The position numbers and the translations under genes were made by a program. This document shows, in pieces, positions 1 through 9,503 of a stretch of 64,000 bases of DNA. Location: IMG/VR virus record IMGVR_UViG_3300044611_002115, positions 1-64,000 of that record. One strand, given 5' to 3'. Source of the DNA: a virus. A model generated the notes under the pieces. It searched no databases and was not told the DNA's origin. It saw only the letters and a list, made by a program, of their open reading frames with translations. Positions within the stretch are counted from its first letter, which is position 1, and each line of letters starts with the position of its first letter.

Positions 1-83
1 ACGTCCAGAGGGGGGCTGGGAGTGCACAGCCAGCGGAAACAGCCCCCACACGCAGGGGCGCGCGGGCAACTGCGCAGGCACCC

Positions 84-755
84 GTGGGCGAGGCACCCGC
101 ACGGGCACGGGGCAGGCGGGGGCAGGCGGGGGCGGACGCCCCGCCGCACGGGGGCATCGCGGCGCTCAACGTGCAGCGCATGAAGCTCACGGAGCTGGAG
201 CCTCATCCGCGCAACACGGAAATCCGCAAGCACCCCGCAGAGGGGGACGCGAAGTGGGAAGTGCTCAAGGAGTCGCTGCGCCACGACTACTTCGACCCGC
301 TCGTGTGGAACGTGCGCAACGGCTTCCTCGTCTCGGGACACCTGCGGTTGAAGATTATGCAGAGCCTCGGCTACACGCAGGCGGACGTGGTGAAGGTGAG
401 CTACGACGAGGCGACGCACCTTGCGAGGATGCTCGCCGCCAACCGCCTGTTAGGGGACGACGACACGGAGGGGCAAAAGAGCTTCCTGTTGGACTTGGGG
501 GCGACGAAGGGTTTTAACTTCGCGCTCGCTGGCTTTACGCTGGGAGAGGTGCGCGGCCTCGCCCCCGCCATTAACCTCGCCACCCCGTCCGCGTGGGACG
601 ACGGGACGGGAGTGAACGATATTGTGGAGAACAGCACGGGGGGCGTGTGCTCGCTCGTGCTGCGCTACCCGCAGAGCGCAGACCCAGACGTGCGGCGCAT
701 TGTGGCGGGGGTGGAGATGGCGGAGCTGGGAGTGGAGATAGCAGACAATGACTAA
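84..755 (+). CDS. ParB/Srx-like N-terminal domain protein at the head of the DNA-modification cluster
   Basis: LEPHPRN...PLVWNVRNGFLVSGHLRL matches the ParB-N pattern; true start may be ATG 180. Confidence 0.7.
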   Translation: MGEAPARARGRRGQAGADAPPHGGIAALNVQRMKLTELEPHPRNTEIRKHPAEGDAKWEVLKESLRHDYFDPLVWNVRNGFLVSGHLRLKIMQSLGYTQADVVKVSYDEATHLARMLAANRLLGDDDTEGQKSFLLDLGATKGFNFALAGFTLGEVRGLAPAINLATPSAWDDGTGVNDIVENSTGGVCSLVLRYPQSADPDVRRIVAGVEMAELGVEIADND

Positions 756-1611
756 GCGCACGCGAAGCAAGCTCCCGAAGCTCCACCTCCTCGTCGCCTA
801 TCCCTACTGCACAGCGTCAATGGTGCGTGTCATTAAGCGGTTGCAGGAGGTGGCGGACGTGGAGCTTATGCTGGACAGCGGGGCGTTCACGGCATGGAAC
901 AGCGGCAAGACGATTGCGCTGGCGGATTACTGCAACTTCGTGCGCACTCCCCCGCTCCACTTCCACAACGTCGTTCAGCTTGACTGCATTGGCAACGTGG
1001 AGGGCACGCGGGAGAACTACCTGCACATGAGGAGCGAGGGGCTGCGCTGCATCCCCGTCTTTACACGGGGCAACACGCGGGAGGCGCTGGATGAGATGTA
1101 TGAGGACAGCGACTACGTGCTCTTGGGCGGCATAGCGACGGGAGAGAACGTGAAGGGCTACGTCAAGTGGTTCCAGACCCTTAGCGGCAAGAGGAAGGTG
1201 CACTGGCTGGGGTTCACCAACAGGGAGTTCCTCGCACACTACAGACCTTTCAGCGCGGACGCATCATCGTGGCACTTAGCGTCACGAATGGGGGCGGCGG
1301 ACGTTTACGTGGGCAAGGGCGTATGCCGGAAGCTCACGTGGGCGGATTGCAGGCACCCCAGCGCCGCGCTACTTCCCCTCCTGCACTCCCACGGGTTCTG
1401 CGGCGACATGGTGAAGGAGCTGGGGACGAGGCAGCGGTGGAGGGGTGCGGGCAGCATAAGCCTCGACCTCGCCGCCAGCGCCAACGTGCTCCGCGCGCGA
1501 GACATTAAGGCGCGCTTCGGAACCAAGCTCTACTTCTGCGTCAGCACCCCGTTCCAAGTGGAGTCGCTCACTAAGATGATTCCGCGCATCCCCGCACAGG
1601 GCAAGCCATGA
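748..1611 (+). CDS. dpdA: DpdA-like / TGT-fold DNA-guanine transglycosylase (7-deazaguanine insertion)
   Basis: MLDSGAFTAW, QLDCIG, VHWLG, SADASSW motifs of the TGT fold; adjacent to queCDE/folE. Confidence 0.7.
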   Translation: MTKRTRSKLPKLHLLVAYPYCTASMVRVIKRLQEVADVELMLDSGAFTAWNSGKTIALADYCNFVRTPPLHFHNVVQLDCIGNVEGTRENYLHMRSEGLRCIPVFTRGNTREALDEMYEDSDYVLLGGIATGENVKGYVKWFQTLSGKRKVHWLGFTNREFLAHYRPFSADASSWHLASRMGAADVYVGKGVCRKLTWADCRHPSAALLPLLHSHGFCGDMVKELGTRQRWRGAGSISLDLAASANVLRARDIKARFGTKLYFCVSTPFQVESLTKMIPRIPAQGKP

Positions 1612-1859
1612 GAGTCATAGCCATAGACATTGACAGGACGGCGCTGGCGGAGCCGGAGCGCGTGCGTGCGCTGTATGAGTGCAGGGACAACTTCATAGTG
1701 CTGCACACGGCAAGGAGCGAGGCGATACGGGAGGAGACGGTGCAACAGTTGCAGCTCGCGGGCGTGCCCTACCACGCCCTCGTCATGGGAAAGCTGCGGG
1801 CGGACGTTTACGTGGACGACAAGAACCAAGGAGGACTACAATGGCCGACAGAATCTTAG
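1608..1859 (+). CDS. Minimal HAD-superfamily phosphatase-like protein
   Basis: IAIDIDRT (motif I), HTAR (II), K..ADVYVDDK (III/IV). Confidence 0.7.
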   Translation: MRVIAIDIDRTALAEPERVRALYECRDNFIVLHTARSEAIREETVQQLQLAGVPYHALVMGKLRADVYVDDKNQGGLQWPTES

Positions 1860-2539
1860 CCTTTAGCGGCGGGATGGATAGCTACATGCTCAAGCGCATG
1901 CACAAGTTCAGCGACGCGGAGTGCGTGTTTGTGGAGATGGGGACGAGGGAGAACCGGAGGGAGGCGGGGCTGCTGGACAAGCTGTTCCCCGACGTGCAGC
2001 GCGTGCAGCTTCCCCTCGTGCAGTGGGAGCTTCCCAATAAGATCATCCCGTTCCGCAACACCTTCCTCGCCCTAACCTTAGCGCAGCTCGCCCCGTCGCT
2101 CTACTTCGCCTTCACCGCTGGGGACACGACGCGGGACAAGGACTACGTGTTCAAGGCGGAGGTGGAGGGGATGCTGAACTACTTTGCAGGGGTGCCGGAG
2201 AAAGCGCCCTTTGGCGACGCGCGCTACGAAGTGCACATGCCCTTCAAGCCCTACACCAAGCGCGAGCTTGTGCGGCAGTTTATTGACGCTGGGTTTAGCG
2301 TGGAGGAGCTGCGCACGCGGACGGTGAGCTGCTACGAGGGGACGCCAGTGCCGTGCGGGGAGTGCCGCTCCTGCGTGCGCAAGTATGTCGCCCTCGCCGC
2401 TAATGGCATCAAGTGCGAGGGGTGGTTCTACAGCGACCCGCGCAAGCAACTTTCCGCGCTCCTAGACGAGAGCATAAGGAAAAACAGGAAACACGAAACG
2501 GAGGATATACTACTATGCACAAGCCAAAAACAGCAGTGA
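1841..2539 (+). CDS. queC: QueC-like 7-cyano-7-deazaguanine synthase, copy 1
   Basis: PP-loop FSGGMDS, IPFRN, Zn motif SCYEGTPVPCGECRSC; ATG 1841 follows GGAGGA. Confidence 0.8.
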   Translation: MADRILAFSGGMDSYMLKRMHKFSDAECVFVEMGTRENRREAGLLDKLFPDVQRVQLPLVQWELPNKIIPFRNTFLALTLAQLAPSLYFAFTAGDTTRDKDYVFKAEVEGMLNYFAGVPEKAPFGDARYEVHMPFKPYTKRELVRQFIDAGFSVEELRTRTVSCYEGTPVPCGECRSCVRKYVALAANGIKCEGWFYSDPRKQLSALLDESIRKNRKHETEDILLCTSQKQQ

Positions 2540-3183
2540 TGGTGACGGGCGGGATTGATTCAACCACGCTCCTTCACATGACCGCGCACCTCAACCCTAC
2601 ACCCGTGACAGTGGATTACGGGCACGACGCTTTTGGGCGTCAGGTGGAGATGCTGCAACCCCACATTGACAAGCTGGGACTCCCGCCGCTGGAGATTCTC
2701 AAGGTGGAGTTTCCCAAGTGGCAGCGCCGTGAGGGGCTGTTCACGCCGGGTTATGAGAGCCATGAGGTTGACCCGCTCAACGAGTGGGACAAGCTCCGCT
2801 ACGAGGAGTTCTTCATCGAAGGCCGCAACGCCACTATGGTTCTCGCCGCGCTCGCGTGGTGCAGCGCGCATAAGGTGGACGAGCTGCTCGCGGGCTACCT
2901 CTACGCTCCCGTCGAGTGGGAGAAGCGCCGCACCTACAAGCTAATGACGGGTGACAACTCGCCGCAGTTTGTGGACACGATGAACATGCTCACTAACGTC
3001 GGGTTCTCGCATCAGGTTCGCTTCCGCGCCCCGTTCTACGAGCTGCGCTGGGGCAAGGACGACGTGATTGCGGAGGGCAAGCGCCTCGGCGTTGACTTCT
3101 CCTCCACTCACTCCTGCTACTTCGTCCCCGCGTGCGGCAAGTGCGACAACTGCCTGCTCCGCGCTGAGTTTCTCGGAGCCTAA
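2515..3183 (+). CDS. queC: QueC-like PP-loop ATPase, copy 2
   Basis: VTGGIDS, VDYG, EGRN, DNSPQF, SCYFVPACGKCDNCLLR. Confidence 0.8.
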   Translation: MHKPKTAVMVTGGIDSTTLLHMTAHLNPTPVTVDYGHDAFGRQVEMLQPHIDKLGLPPLEILKVEFPKWQRREGLFTPGYESHEVDPLNEWDKLRYEEFFIEGRNATMVLAALAWCSAHKVDELLAGYLYAPVEWEKRRTYKLMTGDNSPQFVDTMNMLTNVGFSHQVRFRAPFYELRWGKDDVIAEGKRLGVDFSSTHSCYFVPACGKCDNCLLRAEFLGA

Positions 3184-3226
3184 ACCTTAGCAACCAAAAA
3201 ACCACGTTCTCCCCAGAACCCAATTT

Positions 3227-3661
3227 ATGAAACAGACCATCCGCAAGACCTACACCAACTTGAAAGCCGCGCACCGCCAATGGCGTCACGCGGGGCACTG
3301 CCACTTCGCGCACGGCGAGAACTGGACGCTGCACATCACTATGGCGTGCGAGAAGCTGGACGAGCAGAACTTCGTCATTGACTACGGCGCACTCAGGCCG
3401 CTGCGTGCGGAGATTGAGCAGCTCTTTGACCACACGCTGCTCATCGACCACGACGACCCAGCGCGTGCGCAGTTTGAGGCGCTGCACGAGCAGGGGTTGT
3501 GCGACCTGCGCATTGTGGAGAGCGCGAGCGCGGAGGGGCTGTGCAAGATCGTCATGGGGATGGCGGACAAGTGCGTGCGCGGACTCACGGGCGGGCGCGC
3601 GTGGGTTGAGGAAGTCACCGTTGAGGAGGACACTAAGAACACGGCGACGCTAAGGCTATGA
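3227..3661 (+). CDS. queD: 6-carboxy-5,6,7,8-tetrahydropterin synthase
   Basis: AAHR..HCHFAHGENW, FDHTLL, SAEGL, VEED. Confidence 0.9.
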   Translation: MKQTIRKTYTNLKAAHRQWRHAGHCHFAHGENWTLHITMACEKLDEQNFVIDYGALRPLRAEIEQLFDHTLLIDHDDPARAQFEALHEQGLCDLRIVESASAEGLCKIVMGMADKCVRGLTGGRAWVEEVTVEEDTKNTATLRL

Positions 3662-4368
3662 ACAAGCCCCTTCCAACCACAGAGCGCTTCCTAACCTTCC
3701 AAGGCGAAGGGGAGCACATGGGGCGCGCCGCGTTCTTCGTGCGCCTTTACGGGTGCCCGCTGCACTGCCCGTGGTGCGACAGCGCCGCGACGTGGCATAA
3801 AGATTATGTGCCCAAGCACATCAACAGGCTGCTGGTGGAGGACATTGTGGAGGAGGTGGTGAACTCCCATGCCCCCATCTGCGTCATTACAGGGGGCGAG
3901 CCTATGGTGCATGACTTAGGGCCGCTGGTGCAACAGTTGCAGCGCAACAGCATCGGCGTGCACTTGGAGACAAGCGGGGCTATGGACGGGGACTACTACC
4001 AGTTCGATTGGGTCACGCTCTCGCCCAAGTGGAGCAAGCTGCCCGTGCTGGACGCCTATGAAGCCGCTGACGAGGTTAAGATCATCGTGGAGGACGACAG
4101 CAGCATCAACAAGTGGATGGATCAACTGCGCCCCGCCTACAATGCTCACGGCTTCGTGTTCCCGACCATCTGGCTGCACCCAGAGTGGAGCAAGCGCAAT
4201 GACCCGCTCGTGCTCAACAGCATCACGGAGAGCGTGAAGCATAACCCCAACCTATTCCGCGCCGGATGGCAGCTTCACAAGTGCTACCGCGCCGACCTGC
4301 TGGACGCACGTGCAGACAAGCGCGTTGTGCCCCTTGGTGGAAACCCAGACCTATTGCCACTCACATGA
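3658..4368 (+). CDS. queE: 7-carboxy-7-deazaguanine synthase (radical SAM)
   Basis: FQGEG, GCPLHCPWCDS, ITGGEP, ETSG, LSPK, QLHK. Confidence 0.92.
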   Translation: MNKPLPTTERFLTFQGEGEHMGRAAFFVRLYGCPLHCPWCDSAATWHKDYVPKHINRLLVEDIVEEVVNSHAPICVITGGEPMVHDLGPLVQQLQRNSIGVHLETSGAMDGDYYQFDWVTLSPKWSKLPVLDAYEAADEVKIIVEDDSSINKWMDQLRPAYNAHGFVFPTIWLHPEWSKRNDPLVLNSITESVKHNPNLFRAGWQLHKCYRADLLDARADKRVVPLGGNPDLLPLT

Positions 4369-5312
4369 AACCTAATACCTACAACGTCACCCTCCGAGAA
4401 TGCAGGCAGCTCGCGCACGAAATCAACCAACGCCTGTGCCACGCGCTGCCTAATGCCTATGACGGGCGCAAGCTCCGCGTCTATGCCGTGCCGCGCGGGG
4501 GAGTCTATGCCGCGCTGCTGTGCGCGGATTGGGAGCTGGTCAACAGCCCGCTGGAAGCGGACATCATACTGGACGACATCCTCGACAGCGGGGCGACGCG
4601 GAACAAGATGCGCAGCTACGGCATCCCCTTCGTCGCCTTAGTGAGCAAGCAGCTAATGGAGGACACGCCTTGGCGCGCTGCGCTGCACGTGGCACAAGAC
4701 TGCTGGGTGACGTTCCCTTGGGAGCTTGTGCAGGACGAGGAGCAGGGCGCGGAGGACAACGTGCGGCGCATGCTGCAAGCCATAGGTGAAGACCCGCAGC
4801 GCGATGGGCTGCTGGACACGCCCAAGCGTTTCATCAAGGCGCTCAAGGAAATGACGCAGGGCTACCACAGCGACCCCAAGGCGCACTTGGGGAAGGACTT
4901 CGACATCACGGACGCGGGAGGCCGCGCCTACGACCAAATCATCATCAGCAAGGACTTGCCCTTTGTTAGCCTCTGCGAGCACCACCTGCTCGCCTTTGAG
5001 GGCAGGGCGCACATCGCCTATCTCCCCTCGCCGGAGAGCAAGCGCGTCGTGGGCCTTAGCAAGCTCGCCCGCGTGCTGGACGGCTACGCCAAGCGCCTGC
5101 AAGTGCAGGAGCGCCTAACCATGCAGATTGCGGACGCCATTGAGGAAGTGCTGCAACCCGCAGGGGTGGCGGTGATACTAAAGGCCAAGCACTCGTGCCA
5201 GTGCCACAGGGGGGTGGGCAAGGCGGGAGAGATGGTGACAAGCGCGCTGCATGGCGTGTTCCGCGACAACGGGGCATCGCGCATGGAGCTGTTCCACCTC
5301 CTCAAGCTCTAA
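4365..5312 (+). CDS. folE: Purine phosphoribosyltransferase-like domain fused to GTP cyclohydrolase I
   Basis: N-term AVPRGG, ILDDILDSGAT, WVTFPWE (PRT); C-term GLLDTPKR, SLCEHHLL, GLSKLAR, QERLT, HSC (FolE). Confidence 0.9.
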   Translation: MKPNTYNVTLRECRQLAHEINQRLCHALPNAYDGRKLRVYAVPRGGVYAALLCADWELVNSPLEADIILDDILDSGATRNKMRSYGIPFVALVSKQLMEDTPWRAALHVAQDCWVTFPWELVQDEEQGAEDNVRRMLQAIGEDPQRDGLLDTPKRFIKALKEMTQGYHSDPKAHLGKDFDITDAGGRAYDQIIISKDLPFVSLCEHHLLAFEGRAHIAYLPSPESKRVVGLSKLARVLDGYAKRLQVQERLTMQIADAIEEVLQPAGVAVILKAKHSCQCHRGVGKAGEMVTSALHGVFRDNGASRMELFHLLKL

Positions 5313-5317
5313 CCAGC

Positions 5318-5953
5318 ATGCACGGGTTCACGCATGGTGTGTCCTACTTCGGGTTCCGCGTCGCTACGTGGAACCTTCCCAGCGGGTTCTCCTGCCCCGC
5401 TGCCTTGCAGTGCCTAACCTTTGCCAACAGGCGCACGGGGAAGCTCACGCATGGGAAGCACCAGACGTTCCGCTGCTACTCCGCGTCAATGGAGCGCTAC
5501 CCTGCGCCGAGGGAAAAGGCGTGGGACAATTATGAGGCGGTGAAGGGGAAGTCGCCGGAGGACGTGTTCTACACGCTGCTCAAGGTGTGGGACGACTCCA
5601 CGCGGCACGTGCGCATCCACGCGGGCGGGGACTTCTTTTCGCAGGACTACTTCGACGGCTGGCTAATGGTTTGCAGGGCGCGGCCCAATGACACGTTCTG
5701 GGCGTTCACAAAATCCCTCCCCTTCTGGGTCAAGCGGCTGGGGAGCATCCCGCCCAACCTCTGTCTGCAAGCGTCATGCGGCGGGAAGCACGACGCGCTC
5801 ATCGCACAGCACGGGCTAAAGTATGCGAGGGTGGTGTGGAGCAAGCGGGAGGCGGAGGAGCTGGGACTTGCAATAGACACGGACGATAGGTTAGCAATGA
5901 CAGGGCGTGACTCCTTCGCCCTGCTGGAAAACTTTACAAGGAGAAAACACTAA
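5318..5953 (+). CDS. Phage Gp88-like protein (radical-SAM-related fold)
   Basis: NLPSGFSCPAALQC..CY, RIHAGGDF, WAFTKS. Confidence 0.6.
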   Translation: MHGFTHGVSYFGFRVATWNLPSGFSCPAALQCLTFANRRTGKLTHGKHQTFRCYSASMERYPAPREKAWDNYEAVKGKSPEDVFYTLLKVWDDSTRHVRIHAGGDFFSQDYFDGWLMVCRARPNDTFWAFTKSLPFWVKRLGSIPPNLCLQASCGGKHDALIAQHGLKYARVVWSKREAEELGLAIDTDDRLAMTGRDSFALLENFTRRKH

Positions 5954-5960
5954 TATCCCA

Positions 5961-6494
5961 ATGGCTAAGCGAGTAAAAAACACGGTGAAGTTCCGCGACA
6001 GGCGGAAGATCAAGGGCAAAGCGCCCAAGGACGAGACGCTCAAGGACAAGCCGCACGTGGAGGGCAAGCTGGACGACGCAGTGACGACGCGGCACCGCAA
6101 GCAGCGCATGGTGGCGGCGCTCAAGGAGCACTTAGGCATCGTCGCCTATGCGTGCGAGAGCGTGGGCATAGGGACGACGACGCATTACAGGTGGCTCAAG
6201 GAGGACGCGAACTATGCGGAGAAGGTGCTGGAGGCGGAGGACAGAATGATTGGGTTTACGGAGCGCAAGCTGTTTGAGCTTGTGGAGGCGCGTGACCGCG
6301 AGGCGTGCAAGTTCGTCCTAGACCGCAGGGGCAGGAGGCAGGGCTGGGGGCAAGCGCCGCTGGAGCTTAGCTCGCCGCAGGGGGCACCGCTGCGCGTGGA
6401 GCACGGCGTTGACCCGCTGTTCTTAGAGGAGGAAGCACCCGTGTCCGCCCTCGTCTCCATTGTAGCCAAGCTCACGGGGCTGGGGAGGAAGTAG
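5961..6494 (+). CDS. Terminase small subunit (putative)
   Basis: HTH-like ACESVGIGTTTHYRW; directly upstream of TerL. Confidence 0.65.
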   Translation: MAKRVKNTVKFRDRRKIKGKAPKDETLKDKPHVEGKLDDAVTTRHRKQRMVAALKEHLGIVAYACESVGIGTTTHYRWLKEDANYAEKVLEAEDRMIGFTERKLFELVEARDREACKFVLDRRGRRQGWGQAPLELSSPQGAPLRVEHGVDPLFLEEEAPVSALVSIVAKLTGLGRK

Positions 6495-6498
6495 CGCT

Positions 6499-7980
6499 GT
6501 GGCAACCGCTGCAACAGTTGCACCTGACGCGGAGAAGGAAGCGGCGCAGCAGCTACACGCCGACCTTTTCATTAGGCTCGTCGCCCGCGCCCGCAAGGAC
6601 TTCCTCTCCTACCTCCTCCTCTTTAACCCGCCGGAGCGCGCGGAGTATGTGGTGGGGCAACTGCACGTGTTCCTCTCCGACATGCTGCAAGCGGTGGCGG
6701 TGGGCAAAGCGTGCAAGCGCCAAATCATCAACGTCCCTCCGCAACACGGCAAGTCAACGCTGGTGAGCAAGGAGTTTGTGTCGTGGATCATAAGCTACCA
6801 ACCGGGCATCCAAGTCGCCCTCACCTCCTTCTCGCACGAGCTGGTGACGGACTTTAGCAAGTGGGTGCGCTCCCGCGTGCAGTCCCCGCTCTACCAAAAA
6901 GTGTTTCCCAACTCCCAAGTGGACGAGGGCAACAACAAGGCGGCGCTGTGGCACTTGACCAACGGGAGCAGCGTGTGCGCAAAGAGCACGGGGAAGAAGC
7001 TCATCGGGCGGCGCGTGGACTTGCTCATCATCGACGATGCGCACAGCGGGAGGCAGGACGCGGAGAGCGTGCTCATGCGCAAGCGCATCCGCGAGTGGTA
7101 TTTTGGCGACTGCCTGACGCGCATGAGTCCCGAGGGCTACGTGTTCATCATCGGCACGCGCTGGCACCCAGAGGACTTGAGCGGGCATTTGACGAGCGAG
7201 GAGTATGAGGAGGGCATGCGCGCGTCGGGGCTTGTGCGGGAGATGTTCAACAAGATCAACCTGCCCGCGTTCAGCGAAGGGGACGGCGACCCGCTGGGGA
7301 GGAGCAGGGACGAGCCGCTGTTCCCAGAGATGCGAGGCAAGGAGTTCCTCGAAAACATGCGCGCAGCCCAAGCCCCCTACGAGTGGGAGTCACAGTTCCA
7401 AGGGCACCCGCAGACGAGCGGCAGCGGACAGGTGGACACGAAGAAAATTCACCGCATCACGCTCGCGGACGTGCCAAAGGATTTGGAGCGGACGAGGGGC
7501 TGGGATTTAGCGCTCAAGGAAAAGCAGACGAGCGACTTCACTGCTGGCGCGCTGTGCGCCTACGACCGCGCCGCCGACCACTTCTACATCATGGACATGG
7601 TGCATGAGAAAATGGTGTGGGCGAGGGCGAAGCCCGCCATCATCAAAATGTCCATGATCGACAAGGAGGAGCACGGCGTCGTTCGCATCGGCATGGAGGC
7701 GGTGAGCGGGTTCAGCATCGGGCGCGACGAGATGGCGCAGTCACTCCTCGGAGAGCTGCGCGTGGAGGAGCGGAACCCCAAGACGGACAAGCTGCTGAGA
7801 GCGCAGCCGTGGCTGAACAAAATTGAGGCGGGGAAGGTGAGCATGGTGGTGGGCGAGTGGAACAGGCGTTTCCTGCGCGAGCTGGCTGTGTTCCCAGACG
7901 GCGACCACGACGATCAAGTGGACGCAGTTTCCGTCGCGTGGGAAATGCTGTTCACCAAGCGCACGTTCCAGTTCGCCTGA
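6499..7980 (+). CDS. terL: Terminase large subunit
   Basis: PPQHGKS, LLIIDD, GTRWHPEDL, GWDLA, HDDQVDA. Confidence 0.95.
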   Translation: MATAATVAPDAEKEAAQQLHADLFIRLVARARKDFLSYLLLFNPPERAEYVVGQLHVFLSDMLQAVAVGKACKRQIINVPPQHGKSTLVSKEFVSWIISYQPGIQVALTSFSHELVTDFSKWVRSRVQSPLYQKVFPNSQVDEGNNKAALWHLTNGSSVCAKSTGKKLIGRRVDLLIIDDAHSGRQDAESVLMRKRIREWYFGDCLTRMSPEGYVFIIGTRWHPEDLSGHLTSEEYEEGMRASGLVREMFNKINLPAFSEGDGDPLGRSRDEPLFPEMRGKEFLENMRAAQAPYEWESQFQGHPQTSGSGQVDTKKIHRITLADVPKDLERTRGWDLALKEKQTSDFTAGALCAYDRAADHFYIMDMVHEKMVWARAKPAIIKMSMIDKEEHGVVRIGMEAVSGFSIGRDEMAQSLLGELRVEERNPKTDKLLRAQPWLNKIEAGKVSMVVGEWNRRFLRELAVFPDGDHDDQVDAVSVAWEMLFTKRTFQFA

Positions 7981-8142
7981 CGCGCCGCGCAGCGCTGCAC
8001 ACTGCGCTCCCAGCGACGCTCCCTGCCCCCTGCACACGCCCTCGCGGAATTGCGCCCGCGTAGTGTGCACGCCTGCGCGCGCGGGGCACGTCGCTTCCGT
8101 AAGTGCTTCCAGCGGAAGCCGGTTGCGCGGGCAGATATTTTG

Positions 8143-8173
8143 TTGACAATGAATCTGCAACAGCTATTATGAT
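8143..8173 (+). promoter_or_regulatory. Early-type promoter, copy 1
   Basis: TTGACA-ATGAATCTGCAACAGC-TATTAT/TATGAT; ATG 8180 follows closely. Confidence 0.8.
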
Positions 8174-8179
8174 GGACGT

Positions 8180-8419
8180 ATGAAACACAACACCACACGC
8201 AGCAGCAGCACAATGGAGCAGCGCCTCGCGGAAGCGATGAAGCTCCCCACCGCAGGGAATCCCACACGCATCAAAACGGACAGCACGCACACAGCGCGCT
8301 TCCTCGCACAGAAGCTCAACGACAGCTTCCCCGACGTTCGCGCCGAGGGCGAGTTTGTCGTGTCCCCCACGATGTCCAAGCAGGAGCTTGGAAAGTGGAT
8401 GTGCGCCGCCGATGAATAA
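8180..8419 (+). CDS. Hypothetical protein
   Basis: ORF directly after promoter, genome-typical codon usage. Confidence 0.6.
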   Translation: MKHNTTRSSSTMEQRLAEAMKLPTAGNPTRIKTDSTHTARFLAQKLNDSFPDVRAEGEFVVSPTMSKQELGKWMCAADE

Positions 8420-8443
8420 TTCAGCAACACTACACACCACACC

Positions 8444-9277
8444 ATGAACACCAAACGCACCAACAACAAGTCAACTCACCAAGGCACGTGCCAGTTGTGC
8501 GGGAGCATGCAGATGCTCCCCAGCGGCAGGATCGCGCGCCACGGATACACGCTCAACTTCGGTTGGCAGAACGGCACGTGCAGCGGCAGCGGGGCGCTCC
8601 CCTTTGAGCAGTCCAACGAGCTGCTCGCCAGAGCCATCGCAGACACCACAGCGGCGTTCGCACACGCGGACAAGGAGCTGGAGGATGCACGCACTGCACA
8701 CCGCGCAGCAGTTGCAGCACTGCCGCACAGCGCTCCGCGCTACGAGGGGGACGCGGGAGCCTACACGCCGACGCAGGAAACCAAATACCTGTTCAACGTG
8801 CTAAGTGGGGCAAAGCGCCGCTCGGAGGGGATGCGCGCGTTTGTGCGCTTGCAGACGCCGCGCTGCGCAGCGTGGAAGCCAGCGGCGCTCCGCCCCGTCG
8901 TGCAAGTGGAGACGGCGAAGCGGGAGAAGCACACGGCGCGCAAGCAGCTCACGGAACTGCGCCGCGCACGGGAGGCCGCGAGCAGCAAGCTCAGCAAGCT
9001 GCAAGACCGCTGGACGGACGCGTATCTCGCCGCAGCGGACTTGGAGTGCGGGGGCCGCGCTAACCGCCCGAACTGGACGGGAGACAGGCAGGGGGTGATG
9101 GGTTGGTATTACGGCACCACCGCAGCGGGACTCGCCAAGTGGATTGCATCCTTCCGCAAGGATGCCCCGCTGGGGATGGCGCGCCGCCTGTGCGCACTCG
9201 TGGACGAGCTGGAAGCAGCGGGCAAGGAACTCGCCACGGCAAGCGCAGCGCTCAAGGCGGGGAAGGAGGGCCGCTAA
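8444..9277 (+). CDS. Hypothetical protein (N-terminal CxxC..H..C motif)
   Basis: HQGTCQLCG...IARHGY...TCSGS; ACACCATG leader. Confidence 0.65.
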   Translation: MNTKRTNNKSTHQGTCQLCGSMQMLPSGRIARHGYTLNFGWQNGTCSGSGALPFEQSNELLARAIADTTAAFAHADKELEDARTAHRAAVAALPHSAPRYEGDAGAYTPTQETKYLFNVLSGAKRRSEGMRAFVRLQTPRCAAWKPAALRPVVQVETAKREKHTARKQLTELRRAREAASSKLSKLQDRWTDAYLAAADLECGGRANRPNWTGDRQGVMGWYYGTTAAGLAKWIASFRKDAPLGMARRLCALVDELEAAGKELATASAALKAGKEGR

Positions 9278-9278
9278 C

Positions 9279-9503
9279 ATGAGCGCCCCGCACAGATACG
9301 CCTTTTGGAAGGACGGCGCGCTGCACCTCATCGGGGTGCAGTGCAGCGGGTGCCAGCACTTCAACACCATCCCCGACATGCACGCAGCAGCCGCACGCGT
9401 GCGCGAGCTTGTGCGGATGGGTATAGTGACGCACGGGAGGCTCCAAGACAAGCACGGGCAGACGTGGGACGAGGCGCTGCACTTGCAGGAGGAGGGGAAG
9501 TGA
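9279..9503 (+). CDS. Hypothetical protein
   Basis: Tightly packed ORF. Confidence 0.5.
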   Translation: MSAPHRYAFWKDGALHLIGVQCSGCQHFNTIPDMHAAAARVRELVRMGIVTHGRLQDKHGQTWDEALHLQEEGK

